Shown here: one piece after another, positions 19,362 to 29,839 of the stretch | How positions within the stretch are numbered: the first letter of the stretch is position 1 | Layout of the letters: every line of letters starts with the position of its first letter | NCBI GenBank assembly: GCA_043800705.1 | Contig: JAZDMS010000021.1 | Span: 21,527-85,526 of the forward strand | Origin: Candidatus Altiarchaeota archaeon | GTDB lineage: Archaea > Altiarchaeota > Altiarchaeia > IMC4 > SCGC-AAA252-I15 | Direction: 5' to 3' | DNA: 64,000 nucleotides | Position numbers and translations under genes: made by a program | Notes under the pieces: model-generated | What the model was told of the DNA's origin: nothing | Database searches by the model: none | What the model saw: the letters and a program-made list of their open reading frames with translations, nothing else

Positions 19362-20063
19362 ATGGACAGTTCCACAGTGATTTTGGGCACCGCAGCCTCC
19401 ATAGGATTTATCCACACGATTCTTGGCCCCGACCATTATGTGCCCTTCGTCGCTATGGCGAAGGCCCGCGGGTGGAGCCTGGGCAGGACGATGCTGATCA
19501 CCTTCCTGTGCGGCCTCGGCCATGTGGCCAGTTCGGTCGTCCTTGGATTCATCGGATTGGGCTTCGGCGTGGCGGTCTTGCATCTTGAGGGGGTCGAATC
19601 TTTCAGGGGGGAGGTTGCAGGATGGCTGCTCATAATGTTCGGCCTAGTCTACGCCGTCTGGGGTGTTCGAAAGGCGTTGTCTTCAAGGAAGCATGCCCAC
19701 GTGCATCATCACGGCAGCGTCGCTCATTCTCATGGTCACGGCCACGGAGGGGGCCATTCCCACATCCACGGCCAGGAATCCAACATAACGCCATGGATCC
19801 TCTTCACCATCTTCGTGTTCGGCCCGTGCGAGCCGCTCATACCGCTTTTGATATATCCTGCGGCGAATGGCGGCATTGCGCTCGCTGCCATGGCGGCATT
19901 CGTGTTCTCTGCGGCAACCGTATCGACGATGTTGGCGATAGTCTTTGCAGTATCTGTCGGGATCGCCAATGTCAGTGCCAGGGCGCTTCAGCCGTGGTCG
20001 CATGCGCTGGCTGGCACATCGATATTCCTCTGCGGAGCCGGCATCAGGCTTCTCGGGCTGTAG
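19362..20063 (+). CDS. Nickel/cobalt permease (UreH/NiCoT-like) with a His-rich loop
   Basis: HTILGPDH, a His-rich loop and GPCEP; adjacent to hypF. Confidence 0.8.
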   Translation: MDSSTVILGTAASIGFIHTILGPDHYVPFVAMAKARGWSLGRTMLITFLCGLGHVASSVVLGFIGLGFGVAVLHLEGVESFRGEVAGWLLIMFGLVYAVWGVRKALSSRKHAHVHHHGSVAHSHGHGHGGGHSHIHGQESNITPWILFTIFVFGPCEPLIPLLIYPAANGGIALAAMAAFVFSAATVSTMLAIVFAVSVGIANVSARALQPWSHALAGTSIFLCGAGIRLLGL

Positions 20064-20087
20064 GCTTTTTAGGGCCCTAATTGTAGT

Positions 20088-22274
20088 ATGTTTGTGTACA
20101 GGTTCACTGTGAGGGGCGTTGTCCAGGGCGTCGGCTTCAGGCCGTACATCTACCGGAAGGCCAGGGAACGGGGCCTGGTCGGATACGTGAAGAACGCCGG
20201 GGGCTGTGTCGAGATCGTCGTCGACGACAGAGACTTCATCGGGAGGTTGACGGACCTGCCGCCTCTGGCCAGGATCACGGAACACTCGGTCGGATCATAC
20301 GGCGGGGGGGAGACGTTCAGGGGATTCACGATACGCGGGAGCTCCCCCTCCGAGGGGCAGACGCAGATGCCCCCCGACATCTTCATGTGCGGCGACTGCC
20401 TCAGGGAGCTGAGGGACCCCGGTGATCGCCGCCACGGCTACTACTTCATAACATGCACGAACTGCGGCCCCAGGTTCTCCATGACATATGACAGCCCATA
20501 CGACCGGCCGAACACCGCCATGGGGGAGTTCAGGATGTGCCAGTCATGCAGGAGGGAATACGAAGACCCGGCGGACCGAAGATACCACGCACAGACGATA
20601 GCATGCGGGGACTGCGGCCCCAGGCTTCTTCTGAAAAAGGGCAGGAGGGACATTAGCTGCGGGACGGACAGGGAGACAATACGCAAAGCCGTGGATGTGA
20701 TCCGTTCAGGGCAGCCTGTCGCCATCAAAGGCGTCGGCGGGTTCCACATGTGCTCGCTCACGGACGATAAAAACGTGAAAATGGTAAGGAAGGCCCTCGG
20801 AAGGCCGAATAAGCCGTTCGCCATCATGGTGCGGGACTTGGACATGCTTAAGGAGACGGCAAGGTTCTCCCCATACGAGGCTGAGCTGATCGCAGGCCCT
20901 CAAAGGCCGATCCTCGTATTGGCGAAGAAAAATCAGTCCGACTTCGGCCTCGTATCCGAACTTGACACGATAGGGGTGATGCTGCCGTATACGGCGCTTC
21001 ATTATCTCCTCTTTGACTGCCTGGATGAGCCTCTCCTGATGACCTCCTGCAACATCCCGGGGGAGCCGGTCGCCGTCTCCGAGAGGCTGGCGGAGTATTA
21101 CCTCACCCACGAGAGGAGGATCGTCAACAGGTGCGACGATTCAGTCCTTAAGTCCGTCGGCGGAAGCGCTCTATATCTGAGGAGGTCGAGAGGGTATGCC
21201 CCCTTGTCGGTCCCGCTCCCCATCGTGGTGGAGGACACCATCGCATTGGGGGCCGAATCGAACAACGCCGTCTTGGCCGCCAAGGGGAGGGAGTGTAGTC
21301 TTTCCCAGCACATAGGCGAGTGCTCGAAGCTTGAGACTTTCGAGTTCATGAAGGAGGCGGTCCGGAACCTCGTCAGGCTCGGCGGCCTGAAGCCCGGGAT
21401 CGTGGCCTGCGACATGCATCCGGGATACAATTCCACGGCATATGCCCTGGAGCTGGCGGATGAATTCGATGCGAGGCTCGTCAGGGTCCAGCATCATAAG
21501 GCCCATGTGGCCTCCGTCGCGGCGGAGCACGGGTTCACCGGCTACGTCGGGATAGCGATGGACGGGATGGGCTACGGGGAGGACGGGACGGTCTGGGGAG
21601 GGGAGGTGTTCGACGTCGAGGGAGGGGGCGACTTCACACGGATCGGGAGCCTGCAGGAGCAGCCCCAGCTTGGAGGCGACTTTGCAGTCCTTCATCCGAG
21701 GAGGATGCTCTTCGGGATATTGGCTGGAATCCTTGACGAGCGGGAGCTGGCGATGCTGAAGCTCTTCAACGGGAAGGACAGCAGGCTCTACCGCAATCTA
21801 CTTGACAGCCGCTTCAACACGCCCATGACCTCGAGCGCGGGACGCATCCTCGACGCAGTCGCCGCCCTCCTTCGCGTCTGCGACGACAGGACATACGACG
21901 GCAGGCCTGCGATGATGCTGGAGGGCGTCGCGAGTAAGCCGCTGAGGCTCGAGCCCGTCGTCGAGCGCCTAGACGGCAGGGAGGTCCTGTCCACTGACGC
22001 CTTGTTCAGGTTCCTCCTTGAAAACAGAGGACTGAAGACAGGGAACCTCGCGGCCACGGCCCAGATGTACCTTGCCCAGGGACTCTATAGTATAGCCTCG
22101 GAGGCCGCAGAACGCGGCTGCAAACCCATTGTGCTGTCCGGGGGGGTGGCGTATAACCGGATGATAACCGGGTACATGCTCGGTAGGGGGGTTTCCATCA
22201 ACAGGGACATACCCTGCGGAGACGGGGGGATATGCTACGGCCAGGCGTACCTTGCGAACGTCAGGGGTCAGTGA
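20088..22274 (+). CDS. hypF: Carbamoyltransferase HypF
   Basis: GVVQGVGFRP, Zn fingers, KGVGGFH, QHHKAH and DGGICYGQ. Confidence 0.97.
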   Translation: MFVYRFTVRGVVQGVGFRPYIYRKARERGLVGYVKNAGGCVEIVVDDRDFIGRLTDLPPLARITEHSVGSYGGGETFRGFTIRGSSPSEGQTQMPPDIFMCGDCLRELRDPGDRRHGYYFITCTNCGPRFSMTYDSPYDRPNTAMGEFRMCQSCRREYEDPADRRYHAQTIACGDCGPRLLLKKGRRDISCGTDRETIRKAVDVIRSGQPVAIKGVGGFHMCSLTDDKNVKMVRKALGRPNKPFAIMVRDLDMLKETARFSPYEAELIAGPQRPILVLAKKNQSDFGLVSELDTIGVMLPYTALHYLLFDCLDEPLLMTSCNIPGEPVAVSERLAEYYLTHERRIVNRCDDSVLKSVGGSALYLRRSRGYAPLSVPLPIVVEDTIALGAESNNAVLAAKGRECSLSQHIGECSKLETFEFMKEAVRNLVRLGGLKPGIVACDMHPGYNSTAYALELADEFDARLVRVQHHKAHVASVAAEHGFTGYVGIAMDGMGYGEDGTVWGGEVFDVEGGGDFTRIGSLQEQPQLGGDFAVLHPRRMLFGILAGILDERELAMLKLFNGKDSRLYRNLLDSRFNTPMTSSAGRILDAVAALLRVCDDRTYDGRPAMMLEGVASKPLRLEPVVERLDGREVLSTDALFRFLLENRGLKTGNLAATAQMYLAQGLYSIASEAAERGCKPIVLSGGVAYNRMITGYMLGRGVSINRDIPCGDGGICYGQAYLANVRGQ

Positions 22275-23008
22275 CGGTGGTGTCCTCCGATCATGCGCTC
22301 TCTTGCGCGCTGCAGGAAGCGGGCGGCCTGCATGAATCCTTTCCCGTCCTTGATTGATGCCTTCACCACAGTCGCCTGCGGGTTGATGCCGCTAAGATCA
22401 TGGAGGTAGGCCGTCTCATTGAAGCCGACGTGTTTCTTCAGGTCGTACTTGGAGATGATTATCATGTCGGCGTCCCGGAATATGATCGGGTATTTCCTCG
22501 GCTTGTCGGACCCCTCCGTCGTCGAGCTGACCACGACGTTCACATGCTGTCCGACGTTGACCCCGGCGGGGCAGACGAGGTTGCCGACGTTCTCTATGAA
22601 CAGGAACCGTTTGCCTTCCAGGCGCAGCTCCTTCAGGGCTTTTTCCACCATCGCCGCGTTGAGGTGGCATCCGCTGTGGGTGTTTATCTGGGCCGTGTCT
22701 ATCCCCAATGCGTTCAGGCGTCTCTTGTCCACGTCGGATTCGAGGTCGCCTTGGATTACGGCGACGTCCTTCCGGGGTATGCTCCTGCAGAGGTTCCCTA
22801 TCACGGTCGTCTTTCCCGAGCCGGGGGCCCCCATGAAATTGACGGACAGCATCCCCAGGTGGAGGAGGTCGTGCGCCAGCTGCGAGGCGAGCCGGTCGTT
22901 GGCTTCGGTTACCGACCGTCCGACGATTATGGTCTTCTCAAGGCATGGTCTATGCCCTTTTTCAGTTCCCTTGTGTCCGCATCCGCATTCCCTGCACATC
23001 TCATTCAC
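22268..23008 (-). CDS. hypB: Hydrogenase nickel-incorporation GTPase HypB
   Basis: MCRECGC, GAPGSGKT, CHL, ENVGNLVCPA and EGSDKPRKYP. Confidence 0.96.
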   Translation of the reverse strand: MNEMCRECGCGHKGTEKGHRPCLEKTIIVGRSVTEANDRLASQLAHDLLHLGMLSVNFMGAPGSGKTTVIGNLCRSIPRKDVAVIQGDLESDVDKRRLNALGIDTAQINTHSGCHLNAAMVEKALKELRLEGKRFLFIENVGNLVCPAGVNVGQHVNVVVSSTTEGSDKPRKYPIIFRDADMIIISKYDLKKHVGFNETAYLHDLSGINPQATVVKASIKDGKGFMQAARFLQRARERMIGGHHRH

Positions 23009-23345
23009 CCGTTATCTTCGCAATCTTGAACTCCCTGCCCCGGATTATCTCCACGTCAGTCGATTCGCATTTCGTGCAGTATAGGAGGATCCCGTCCTTG
23101 AGGCTGCCTTTCTTCCCGCATCTTCGGCACTTTACCATGCCTTTAACGACCTTTATGTGCAGCCTGGCCTTCGGCCAGCCCTCGTCGTCCCTCAGCGTCT
23201 CGAAGTAGAATGCTACGCATTCCTTGACGTAGGGGGTCAGCTGCCCCAGCTCCAAGCATATGTCATGCGGAGCCTTTATGCCGCCCTTCTCGCACTCCGA
23301 CCGCACTATCTCGATCATCCCCATCGTCGCCGCCAGTTCGTGCAT
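23001..23345 (-). CDS. hypA: Hydrogenase maturation metallochaperone HypA
   Basis: MHE N-terminus, two CxxC motifs and GREF. Confidence 0.94.
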   Translation of the reverse strand: MHELAATMGMIEIVRSECEKGGIKAPHDICLELGQLTPYVKECVAFYFETLRDDEGWPKARLHIKVVKGMVKCRRCGKKGSLKDGILLYCTKCESTDVEIIRGREFKIAKITGE

Positions 23346-23364
23346 TTTTCGACCCGGTTTTTCC

Positions 23365-24354
23365 TTAGCATATCCGTGGCACTATCCGTCCCGTCGGCCA
23401 TGGCATTATCCTCCTGCCCAGCATCGTGTCGACCACGACCTTGTCTCCTTTCGTTATCTGGCCGATTATGGCCGCGTCGGGATTGTATCTTTTTAGCCTT
23501 TTTTCGACGGTTTTTGCGTTCTTCCTTGCCGCTATCGCTATGAATCTTCCCTCGGATGCGAGCTCGTAGAGGTCTATTCCGAGCATCTCAGTCACCGTCC
23601 TGGCCTCCTTCTTGGCGGGGATCGTTTCCTCCTCGAGAAGCATACCGACCCCGTATTTTCCGCATATCTCGTTGAGGACGGACGCCATGCCGCCGCGGGT
23701 CGGGTCCTTCGCCAGCTTGAGGAGGCCTTTGACGGCTGCAATCTCATCCAGGAGGGGTTTGGAGTCGGTGACTATGCCGGTCTCGTAGTCGAACCGCTTC
23801 GACAACAGGGCGACGGCGTGTTCTCCGAGGCCTCCGGACAGGATGATCCTGTCGCCGGATACCGGCTTCTTCGTCAGAAGCTCGCCCTTGCCCGCGATGC
23901 CGACTGCGGAGGAGTTGATTATCATCTTGTCGAGCTTCCCGCGGTCCATCACCTTCGTGTCCCCGGTGGCTATCGGGACGCCTGTCTCGGCGGAGATCCT
24001 GCCGATGGACTCCACTATCCGTCTCAGGTCCTTCTTCGGGAAACCCTCCTCTATGACGAAGCCGAGGGAGAGGCCGAGCGGCCTTCCTCCCATGACTGCG
24101 ATGTCGTTTATGGTGCCGCATGCCGCGAGCTGGCCTATGTCGCCGCCTGGGAAGAACAGGGGGTCGATGACGAACGAGTCCGTGGTGAACAGGAGGGCCC
24201 GGCCGTCTCTAAGGTCGAATGTCGACGAGTCGCAATCGACGTTCCTCCATCGTCCCCGGCTGCCGAATCCGTAGGATGCTATCAGCTTCGACATCTCCAT
24301 TCCGCCCGAGCCTTCCGATAGGCTGACTATTTCCTCGTCCATTTCATTTTCCAA
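23365..24354 (-). CDS. hypE: Hydrogenase maturation protein HypE
   Basis: TTDSFV, GTIND, GDTKV, DPTRGG and C-terminal PRIC. Confidence 0.96.
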   Translation of the reverse strand: MENEMDEEIVSLSEGSGGMEMSKLIASYGFGSRGRWRNVDCDSSTFDLRDGRALLFTTDSFVIDPLFFPGGDIGQLAACGTINDIAVMGGRPLGLSLGFVIEEGFPKKDLRRIVESIGRISAETGVPIATGDTKVMDRGKLDKMIINSSAVGIAGKGELLTKKPVSGDRIILSGGLGEHAVALLSKRFDYETGIVTDSKPLLDEIAAVKGLLKLAKDPTRGGMASVLNEICGKYGVGMLLEEETIPAKKEARTVTEMLGIDLYELASEGRFIAIAARKNAKTVEKRLKRYNPDAAIIGQITKGDKVVVDTMLGRRIMPWPTGRIVPRIC

Positions 24355-25381
24355 AGCGGTAGTATATGGCGCAGCTTCCCTCCTCTGAAACCATGCAAGC
24401 GCCTTTAGGATGCTCCGGGCTGCAAGCCCTCCGGTAGAGCGGGCACCCGGTCGGCTGTATGAGGCCTTTCAGGATTTCGCCGCAGCGGCAGCCGGTCTTC
24501 TTCGGGGCCGGGACCCTGTCCAGGAGCGCCTTGTGGACGGCCTTCGCATCCAATGAGCCGTCCCTGACCTCGAGGCCCGACTTTGGAATCGTCCCCAGGC
24601 CCCTCCACTCGCAGTCTGAATGCGTGAAATGCCGCTCAAGGAGCCTCCGGGCCTTTCTGTTGCCTTCTTCCTTCACCGCCTCCGGGTATCCGTTGACGAC
24701 GATGTCTCTGCCGTCCCGGATGAGTTCGAGAAGTAGCATTATCCCGCGCAGGATCCGCTCCGGCGTGAACCCTGATATGACCTGAGGGACTTTTATGCGC
24801 CGGTACGGCTTTACCCCGATGATCGTCGACACGTGGCCCGGGTCGATGAAACCGTCCACCCTGACCTCCCCCGCCATTAGGGCCTCAAGGGCTGGGGGGA
24901 CGAGCCTGTGGGAGGAGTATACAGAGACGCCGTTTTCCAGAAGGTATGCCGTCATGGGCGCCGTCGTCTCGAAGCCTATCCCGAAAAAGGCGGTATCTGG
25001 GTGTGCCTTCTTCAGTGTGACGGCCTCCGTCGCCGAGTAGACCTCGAAGACCCTGCCGCCCCGGGCCCTTGCCTGTTCGAGGCTGTGCCTGGACCCCGGG
25101 ACCCGCATCATGTCGCCGTATGTCGCGACCGGTATTCCGCACATCGCCAGCTCTATCACGCAGTCTATGTCCCTTTGGGGGGTGACGCATACGGGGCAGC
25201 CCGGGCCTGAGATGAGCCTCACGTTCTTCGGGAGGATGTCGCGGATGCCATACCGCATTATGACGTTGGTGTGGCCGCCGCATATCTCCATGATGGTGAT
25301 GTCGGCTCCGATATCAGCGGCGGTCTCGCCTATCCTTCGGAGGTGGGTGTCGATGGCCTTCCGTTCATCCATCGTTGGCAT
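24344..25381 (-). CDS. hypD: Hydrogenase maturation protein HypD
   Basis: MEICGGHT, GPGCPVC, GFETT, PGHVS and CMVSEEGSC. Confidence 0.96.
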   Translation of the reverse strand: MPTMDERKAIDTHLRRIGETAADIGADITIMEICGGHTNVIMRYGIRDILPKNVRLISGPGCPVCVTPQRDIDCVIELAMCGIPVATYGDMMRVPGSRHSLEQARARGGRVFEVYSATEAVTLKKAHPDTAFFGIGFETTAPMTAYLLENGVSVYSSHRLVPPALEALMAGEVRVDGFIDPGHVSTIIGVKPYRRIKVPQVISGFTPERILRGIMLLLELIRDGRDIVVNGYPEAVKEEGNRKARRLLERHFTHSDCEWRGLGTIPKSGLEVRDGSLDAKAVHKALLDRVPAPKKTGCRCGEILKGLIQPTGCPLYRRACSPEHPKGACMVSEEGSCAIYYRFGK

Positions 25382-25607
25382 CCTCCGCCCTCGCGAGTTC
25401 GGCGTATTCCCTGATGAGGCTGAGCGACTCTTCCGCATCCTTTGGGGCGAGCTTCTCGATGGCGAACCCCGCGTGGACGAGGACGTAGTCCCCCCTCTTG
25501 GGGGAGTCTATCATCGAGACGTTCGTCTTCTTCCGGAGGCCGCCGTAGTCGACAGTCGCGATTTCGCCCGTTAGTCCGATTATCTTCGCAGGTATCGCGT
25601 AGCACAT
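25365..25607 (-). CDS. hypC: Hydrogenase chaperone HypC
   Basis: MCYAIPAK and GDYVLVHAGFAI. Confidence 0.95.
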   Translation of the reverse strand: MCYAIPAKIIGLTGEIATVDYGGLRKKTNVSMIDSPKRGDYVLVHAGFAIEKLAPKDAEESLSLIREYAELARAEDANDG

Positions 25608-25757
25608 ATCCTTGTCCTCGACTCCCCCTAAGCCGCCCCGGGGGGAGCGCATCCATCACTATGATAGGGGGATTGTTTTTAAGTACCTCGGGCAGGCATT
25701 GCCGGGCCTGATCAGGGGAATATTGCATAGGTGACTTTTTAGGCTTCCACGGCCGTA

Positions 25758-26441
25758 TCATGCCGGGGGCTTCTTTGCGGTGGCATCTATGGTCTTCCTC
25801 TTCAGGTGTCCCTTGTTCCGGATGGGCGGGTATTCGTTCGTTTTCACCTCTACGTCCGTGAAGGCATCCAGTAGCGCATGCACTTCCTCCTCTTCGAAGA
25901 AGTGGCATATGAGGCCGCTCTTCTTCAGGTGCGTGTTTCGTTCGAGGACGATGCGGATGTTGGCCGTAGCCTGCCTGAAGTCGCCGACCGAGAAGTCCGA
26001 GAAGTATAATGCGCCTCCCGGCTTCAGCACCCGGAAGACCTCCCTGACCGCTTCTTTCCTGCCTCCCTCCTGCAGGTTATCGAGGATGAAGTGGACGACT
26101 GCCGCGTCGAATCCGGAGTCCCTGTATGGCAGGGCGCGGATGTCCGCCTTTTCAAGCGCAATTCTCGGGTCCTTGAACCCTTCCCGGCAGAGTTTCAACG
26201 CCTCCTGTGAATGGTCGAATGCGTGAACGCTCCTGGGCTCCCGTCTCAGAATGGCCTTCAGGGTTTTTCCGTTTCCGACTCCAGCCTCCAGGACGACCCC
26301 CCCGCAGAGGCCGTGGGGGAGGTCTTTGCGCTCCTTGGACCAGATGCGGCCTCTGAGTCGGTAGTCCCTGTCCCAGACTTTTTGCTGGTTTTTTACCAGG
26401 TTCTCCGGCAGGTTGAAGGATGGATGGACTTTCTTGGTCAT
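25758..26441 (-). CDS. Class I SAM-dependent methyltransferase
   Basis: VLEAGVGNGK and RVLKPGG; its start overlaps the upstream stop codon. Confidence 0.88.
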   Translation of the reverse strand: MTKKVHPSFNLPENLVKNQQKVWDRDYRLRGRIWSKERKDLPHGLCGGVVLEAGVGNGKTLKAILRREPRSVHAFDHSQEALKLCREGFKDPRIALEKADIRALPYRDSGFDAAVVHFILDNLQEGGRKEAVREVFRVLKPGGALYFSDFSVGDFRQATANIRIVLERNTHLKKSGLICHFFEEEEVHALLDAFTDVEVKTNEYPPIRNKGHLKRKTIDATAKKPPA

Positions 26442-27484
26442 ATGCCCTGCTCTTGGTCCGCCGCAATGTCCGAGAGGTCTTGGATCGTCTGCACGGCAGC
26501 GATGACCGTGTTTTCCCGGTCGTATATCGGGGCTGCGGTCATCAGGACCTGTTTTTTCCCGCCCATCATCCAGCTCCTGACGTAGTATGCTCCGGGTATG
26601 AGGGGGGAGGGTTTTACGGCATCGTATTCTCCCAGTATCGCGGCTTCTTTCCCGTCGATTACCGTGTCGGCGAGAGTTGGCCTCTTTTCGTCGTAGAATG
26701 CCTTCCACTGGTCTTTGGTCCCTAGGATGTTCGCTTGCCTGAGGCCAGTGAGCCCCTCCATGGCCCGGTTCCATAAGACGACGCGGTGTTCGGGGTCTAT
26801 GACGAACAGGGGAACGCTTGTGCCGTCTATTATCAGCTTAAGCTCCGACTCGACCTTCTTCTTGTCTGTGACGTCCTCTATCAGCAGGAGGAGGGACTTG
26901 ACGTCTCCCGCCTCGTCCTTTAGCGGCACGCCATGATAGTGCCGGATCGTCTTCTTCCCGCTGGTGTGGGAAGTGTATGCTATGTCGTCCACGTCGAAGG
27001 GCTTTCCCGCAAGCCCCATGCTAAAGTATCCGAAAAGGCCCGATTCGCGCGTTGACTGCAGGTCGAGGACGCTCAGTCCGATGAGGTCTTCTTCGGTCCT
27101 CACGCCCGCTATGTACCGCATCGACGGGCTGGCATACTCTATCACGCCCTCATTTGAGACCATCAGCATTCCCAGGGGGGAGTTGTCGACTATGTCCTTT
27201 TTCAGGCTCATGGAATCCTTGAGCTCCCGTGTGCGCTCCGCCACGGTGGCCTCGAGCCGGGTCTCATATCTCGAATACGCCAGCAGGGCGATGGTCGCAT
27301 ACGCGGTTATGATGATGATGCTAAGGTTCGCAAGAACCTTGTTGCGGAAATCAAGCCCCATATCCGTCCTGATTTCGATGGCTATGAGGGACAGTATCAG
27401 GATGAGCGCCGTCAGGGTTATGAACAGCAGGTTGGCGAGCGCCCGGAAACCTAGCTTCTTGTCTTTTTGTGCGGGAGTGTCCAT
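26438..27484 (-). CDS. Membrane protein with two PAS domains and no output domain
   Basis: Two TM helices, LEATVAERTREL linker, PAS ends EDVTDKK and IQDLS. Confidence 0.85.
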   Translation of the reverse strand: MDTPAQKDKKLGFRALANLLFITLTALILILSLIAIEIRTDMGLDFRNKVLANLSIIIITAYATIALLAYSRYETRLEATVAERTRELKDSMSLKKDIVDNSPLGMLMVSNEGVIEYASPSMRYIAGVRTEEDLIGLSVLDLQSTRESGLFGYFSMGLAGKPFDVDDIAYTSHTSGKKTIRHYHGVPLKDEAGDVKSLLLLIEDVTDKKKVESELKLIIDGTSVPLFVIDPEHRVVLWNRAMEGLTGLRQANILGTKDQWKAFYDEKRPTLADTVIDGKEAAILGEYDAVKPSPLIPGAYYVRSWMMGGKKQVLMTAAPIYDRENTVIAAVQTIQDLSDIAADQEQGI

Positions 27485-27678
27485 AATCTGTCCGGACTGG
27501 ATATTTAGCCCTGATGCATTAAAGCGAAACTGCCATTATCCTTGGCCTTTTTAGGGTATAATAGCACGGTTGTGGGGGAGTATTGGCCGGTAAGGTTTAA
27601 GGACGTATCTTGAAGGGTGTTACCGCATCCAGTCTAGGAAAAAATGGTGAAAAAATAGCCTAAGGTAGCCAAAAAAAA

Positions 27679-27873
27679 TCATAATTTGGCTACCTTGTCT
27701 GCCTTGGGTCCCCTGTCGCCTTCGACTACTTCGAAGCTGACCCTGTCGCCTTCGTTGAGCTGGACGCCTTCCTGCACTCCGCTCTGGTGGACGAAGTAGT
27801 CCTTCTTGTCGTCTCCGGTGATGAAGCCGAAACGCTTCATCCTGTTGTAGAACTTCACAGTTCCTTCTGTCAT
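27679..27873 (-). CDS. csp: Cold-shock domain protein
   Basis: GTVKFYN, FGFI (RNP1), YFVH (RNP2) and RGPKA. Confidence 0.95.
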   Translation of the reverse strand: MTEGTVKFYNRMKRFGFITGDDKKDYFVHQSGVQEGVQLNEGDRVSFEVVEGDRGPKADKVAKL

Positions 27874-27898
27874 TTTTGTATACCTCCTGTATTGTTGA

Positions 27899-29785
27899 TT
27901 AGAGTAACCTTATGCTGTCCAGGTTCTTCGGGGCCGAGGACTCGAATCCGAACATCTCGTAGAGCGTCATGGACAGGTTAAGGGTCTTGCTCGCCTCCCC
28001 GTGCATGGTGATAGCCCTCTTCGGCTTCGGCGATATCTTCTTCGCGTATCCGAGAAGCTGCCTGCGGTCCGCGTGCCCGCTGAATCCGTCGACGGTCTTT
28101 ACGCCGATCTTCACCTTCACGGCCCTCGTCTTCCCGTTCTCTTCGTGGGTGTATTCGTTGAGGCCGTTCTGGATCCTCCTGCCGAGGCTGCCTTCGCTCT
28201 GGTATCCGACGAACGTGATCGTGTTCTTCTCGTCGTGGGCGAGGGCCTTGAAGTATTCGACGCTCGGGCCGCCGGTCATCATCCCCGACGTCGCGAGTAT
28301 GACGCATGGGTCGGGGCTTTCGACGATGCCCTGCCTCTTCTTGTGCTCGACCCGCTCGAACGCGTCGACGAGGAACGGGTTGTAGCCGTTGAATATCCTG
28401 TGCTTTATGTGCTTCTTCAGGTATTCTGGGTATGATGTGTGGATCGCCGTGGCCTCCCATATCATGCCGTCGAGGTAGACCGGGACGTCGAGTTCGCCGA
28501 AGCGGAACGCGTTCTCGAGGACCATCATGACCTCCTGGCTCCTTCCGACGCTGAACACCGGGATGACGACCTTGCCCTTGTTGGCGATGGTCCGCTTGAT
28601 TGTGTCGATGAGTATGACTTCCGCGTCGCGCCTCTTCGGCTGCGCGTCGTACCTCCCGCCGTACGTGGACTCCATGATGAGGGTCTCGCAGCGGGGGAAG
28701 TCGTAGTGCGCGGCCTCAAGGAGCCTCGTGTCGCCGAACTTGAAGTCGCCGGTGTAGACCATGTTGTGGAGGCCTTCGCCGATGTGGAAGTGGCAGATGC
28801 TGGAGCCGAGGATGTGGCCCGCGTTGTAGAGCGTCAGGTGTATGTCTGGGGTGATGTCCGCGACCTCCATGTATTCGAGGGGGATGGTGTGCTTTATCAT
28901 CTCCCTGACCTCTTTGGAGCCGAACGGCAGCTCATTCTGCCCCTTGGCGCCGATCTCGACGGCGTCGAGGACCAAGAGGGCCATGAGGTCCCTTGTTGGT
29001 TCCGTGCAGTATAGGGGGCCTTCGTAGCCGTATTTGTAGAGGTAGGGGACGAATCCGCAGTGGTCCAGGTGCGCGTGCGATATGACGACCGCGTCCAGGT
29101 CGCTTGTCGCAAGGTTCATGGCCCTGAGGTCCGGGTACCGGTCCGTGTCCTGTGCGGCCACGTTTATTCCGCAGTCGAGGAGGATGTTGCTTGCCGGCGT
29201 CTGCATGAGTACGCACGATCTGCCGACCTGCTGCGCCCCTCCGAGGGGCGTGACCCGGATGTAGTCGCATTCGGCCCTCGGCTTGCGGTAGATGTTCTTG
29301 CCGACGGTCTTGAGAATCTTCTGCCTCTCCTTCCCGTTGTCGAAGAGCGTCTTCCTTATCGAGCGGACGGTCTCCGACTGTATGGGCGGCTTTCTAAGGA
29401 GCTTCGGCGTCCACCTTATGCGTCTTGTGATCTCATCCAGCGTGTCGCCGTGTTTGCCGATGACCAGGCCGAGCTTCTCGGCCTCGATCCTGACCTCCTG
29501 GAAGTTCTCGTCGAATTCTATGTCGACGATGTTCGCTTCGGGGGGGATTATCTCCTGGATGATCTTCTTCGCCTCGATGGGGTCCATGACGGACTCTGCG
29601 GTGCTCCTGACGATTATCCTCTTCTTCAGGGAGGTCGCGAGGTTCCTCACCTCGTTGCCGTGCTCGACGAAATATGGAAGGTCGTGGGTGTACAATATCA
29701 CCTTGGGGCCTTCGACGTCGACGCGCACGATCTTGCCGGCAGGCGCCGTCTCTTCGACTATGCGCTGTATCTCCTTAAACTCCAT
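27899..29785 (-). CDS. fttA: Beta-CASP ribonuclease aCPSF1 (FttA)
   Basis: N-terminal KH domains (GLVIGKHG), HAHLDH, AGHILGS, MESTYGG and GFSGH. Confidence 0.96.
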   Translation of the reverse strand: MEFKEIQRIVEETAPAGKIVRVDVEGPKVILYTHDLPYFVEHGNEVRNLATSLKKRIIVRSTAESVMDPIEAKKIIQEIIPPEANIVDIEFDENFQEVRIEAEKLGLVIGKHGDTLDEITRRIRWTPKLLRKPPIQSETVRSIRKTLFDNGKERQKILKTVGKNIYRKPRAECDYIRVTPLGGAQQVGRSCVLMQTPASNILLDCGINVAAQDTDRYPDLRAMNLATSDLDAVVISHAHLDHCGFVPYLYKYGYEGPLYCTEPTRDLMALLVLDAVEIGAKGQNELPFGSKEVREMIKHTIPLEYMEVADITPDIHLTLYNAGHILGSSICHFHIGEGLHNMVYTGDFKFGDTRLLEAAHYDFPRCETLIMESTYGGRYDAQPKRRDAEVILIDTIKRTIANKGKVVIPVFSVGRSQEVMMVLENAFRFGELDVPVYLDGMIWEATAIHTSYPEYLKKHIKHRIFNGYNPFLVDAFERVEHKKRQGIVESPDPCVILATSGMMTGGPSVEYFKALAHDEKNTITFVGYQSEGSLGRRIQNGLNEYTHEENGKTRAVKVKIGVKTVDGFSGHADRRQLLGYAKKISPKPKRAITMHGEASKTLNLSMTLYEMFGFESSAPKNLDSIRLL

Positions 29786-29839
29786 CGTAATATTCCACAG
29801 TAAGCAAACTACTGTCCAGTCATAGGATTGGTTTGATCC

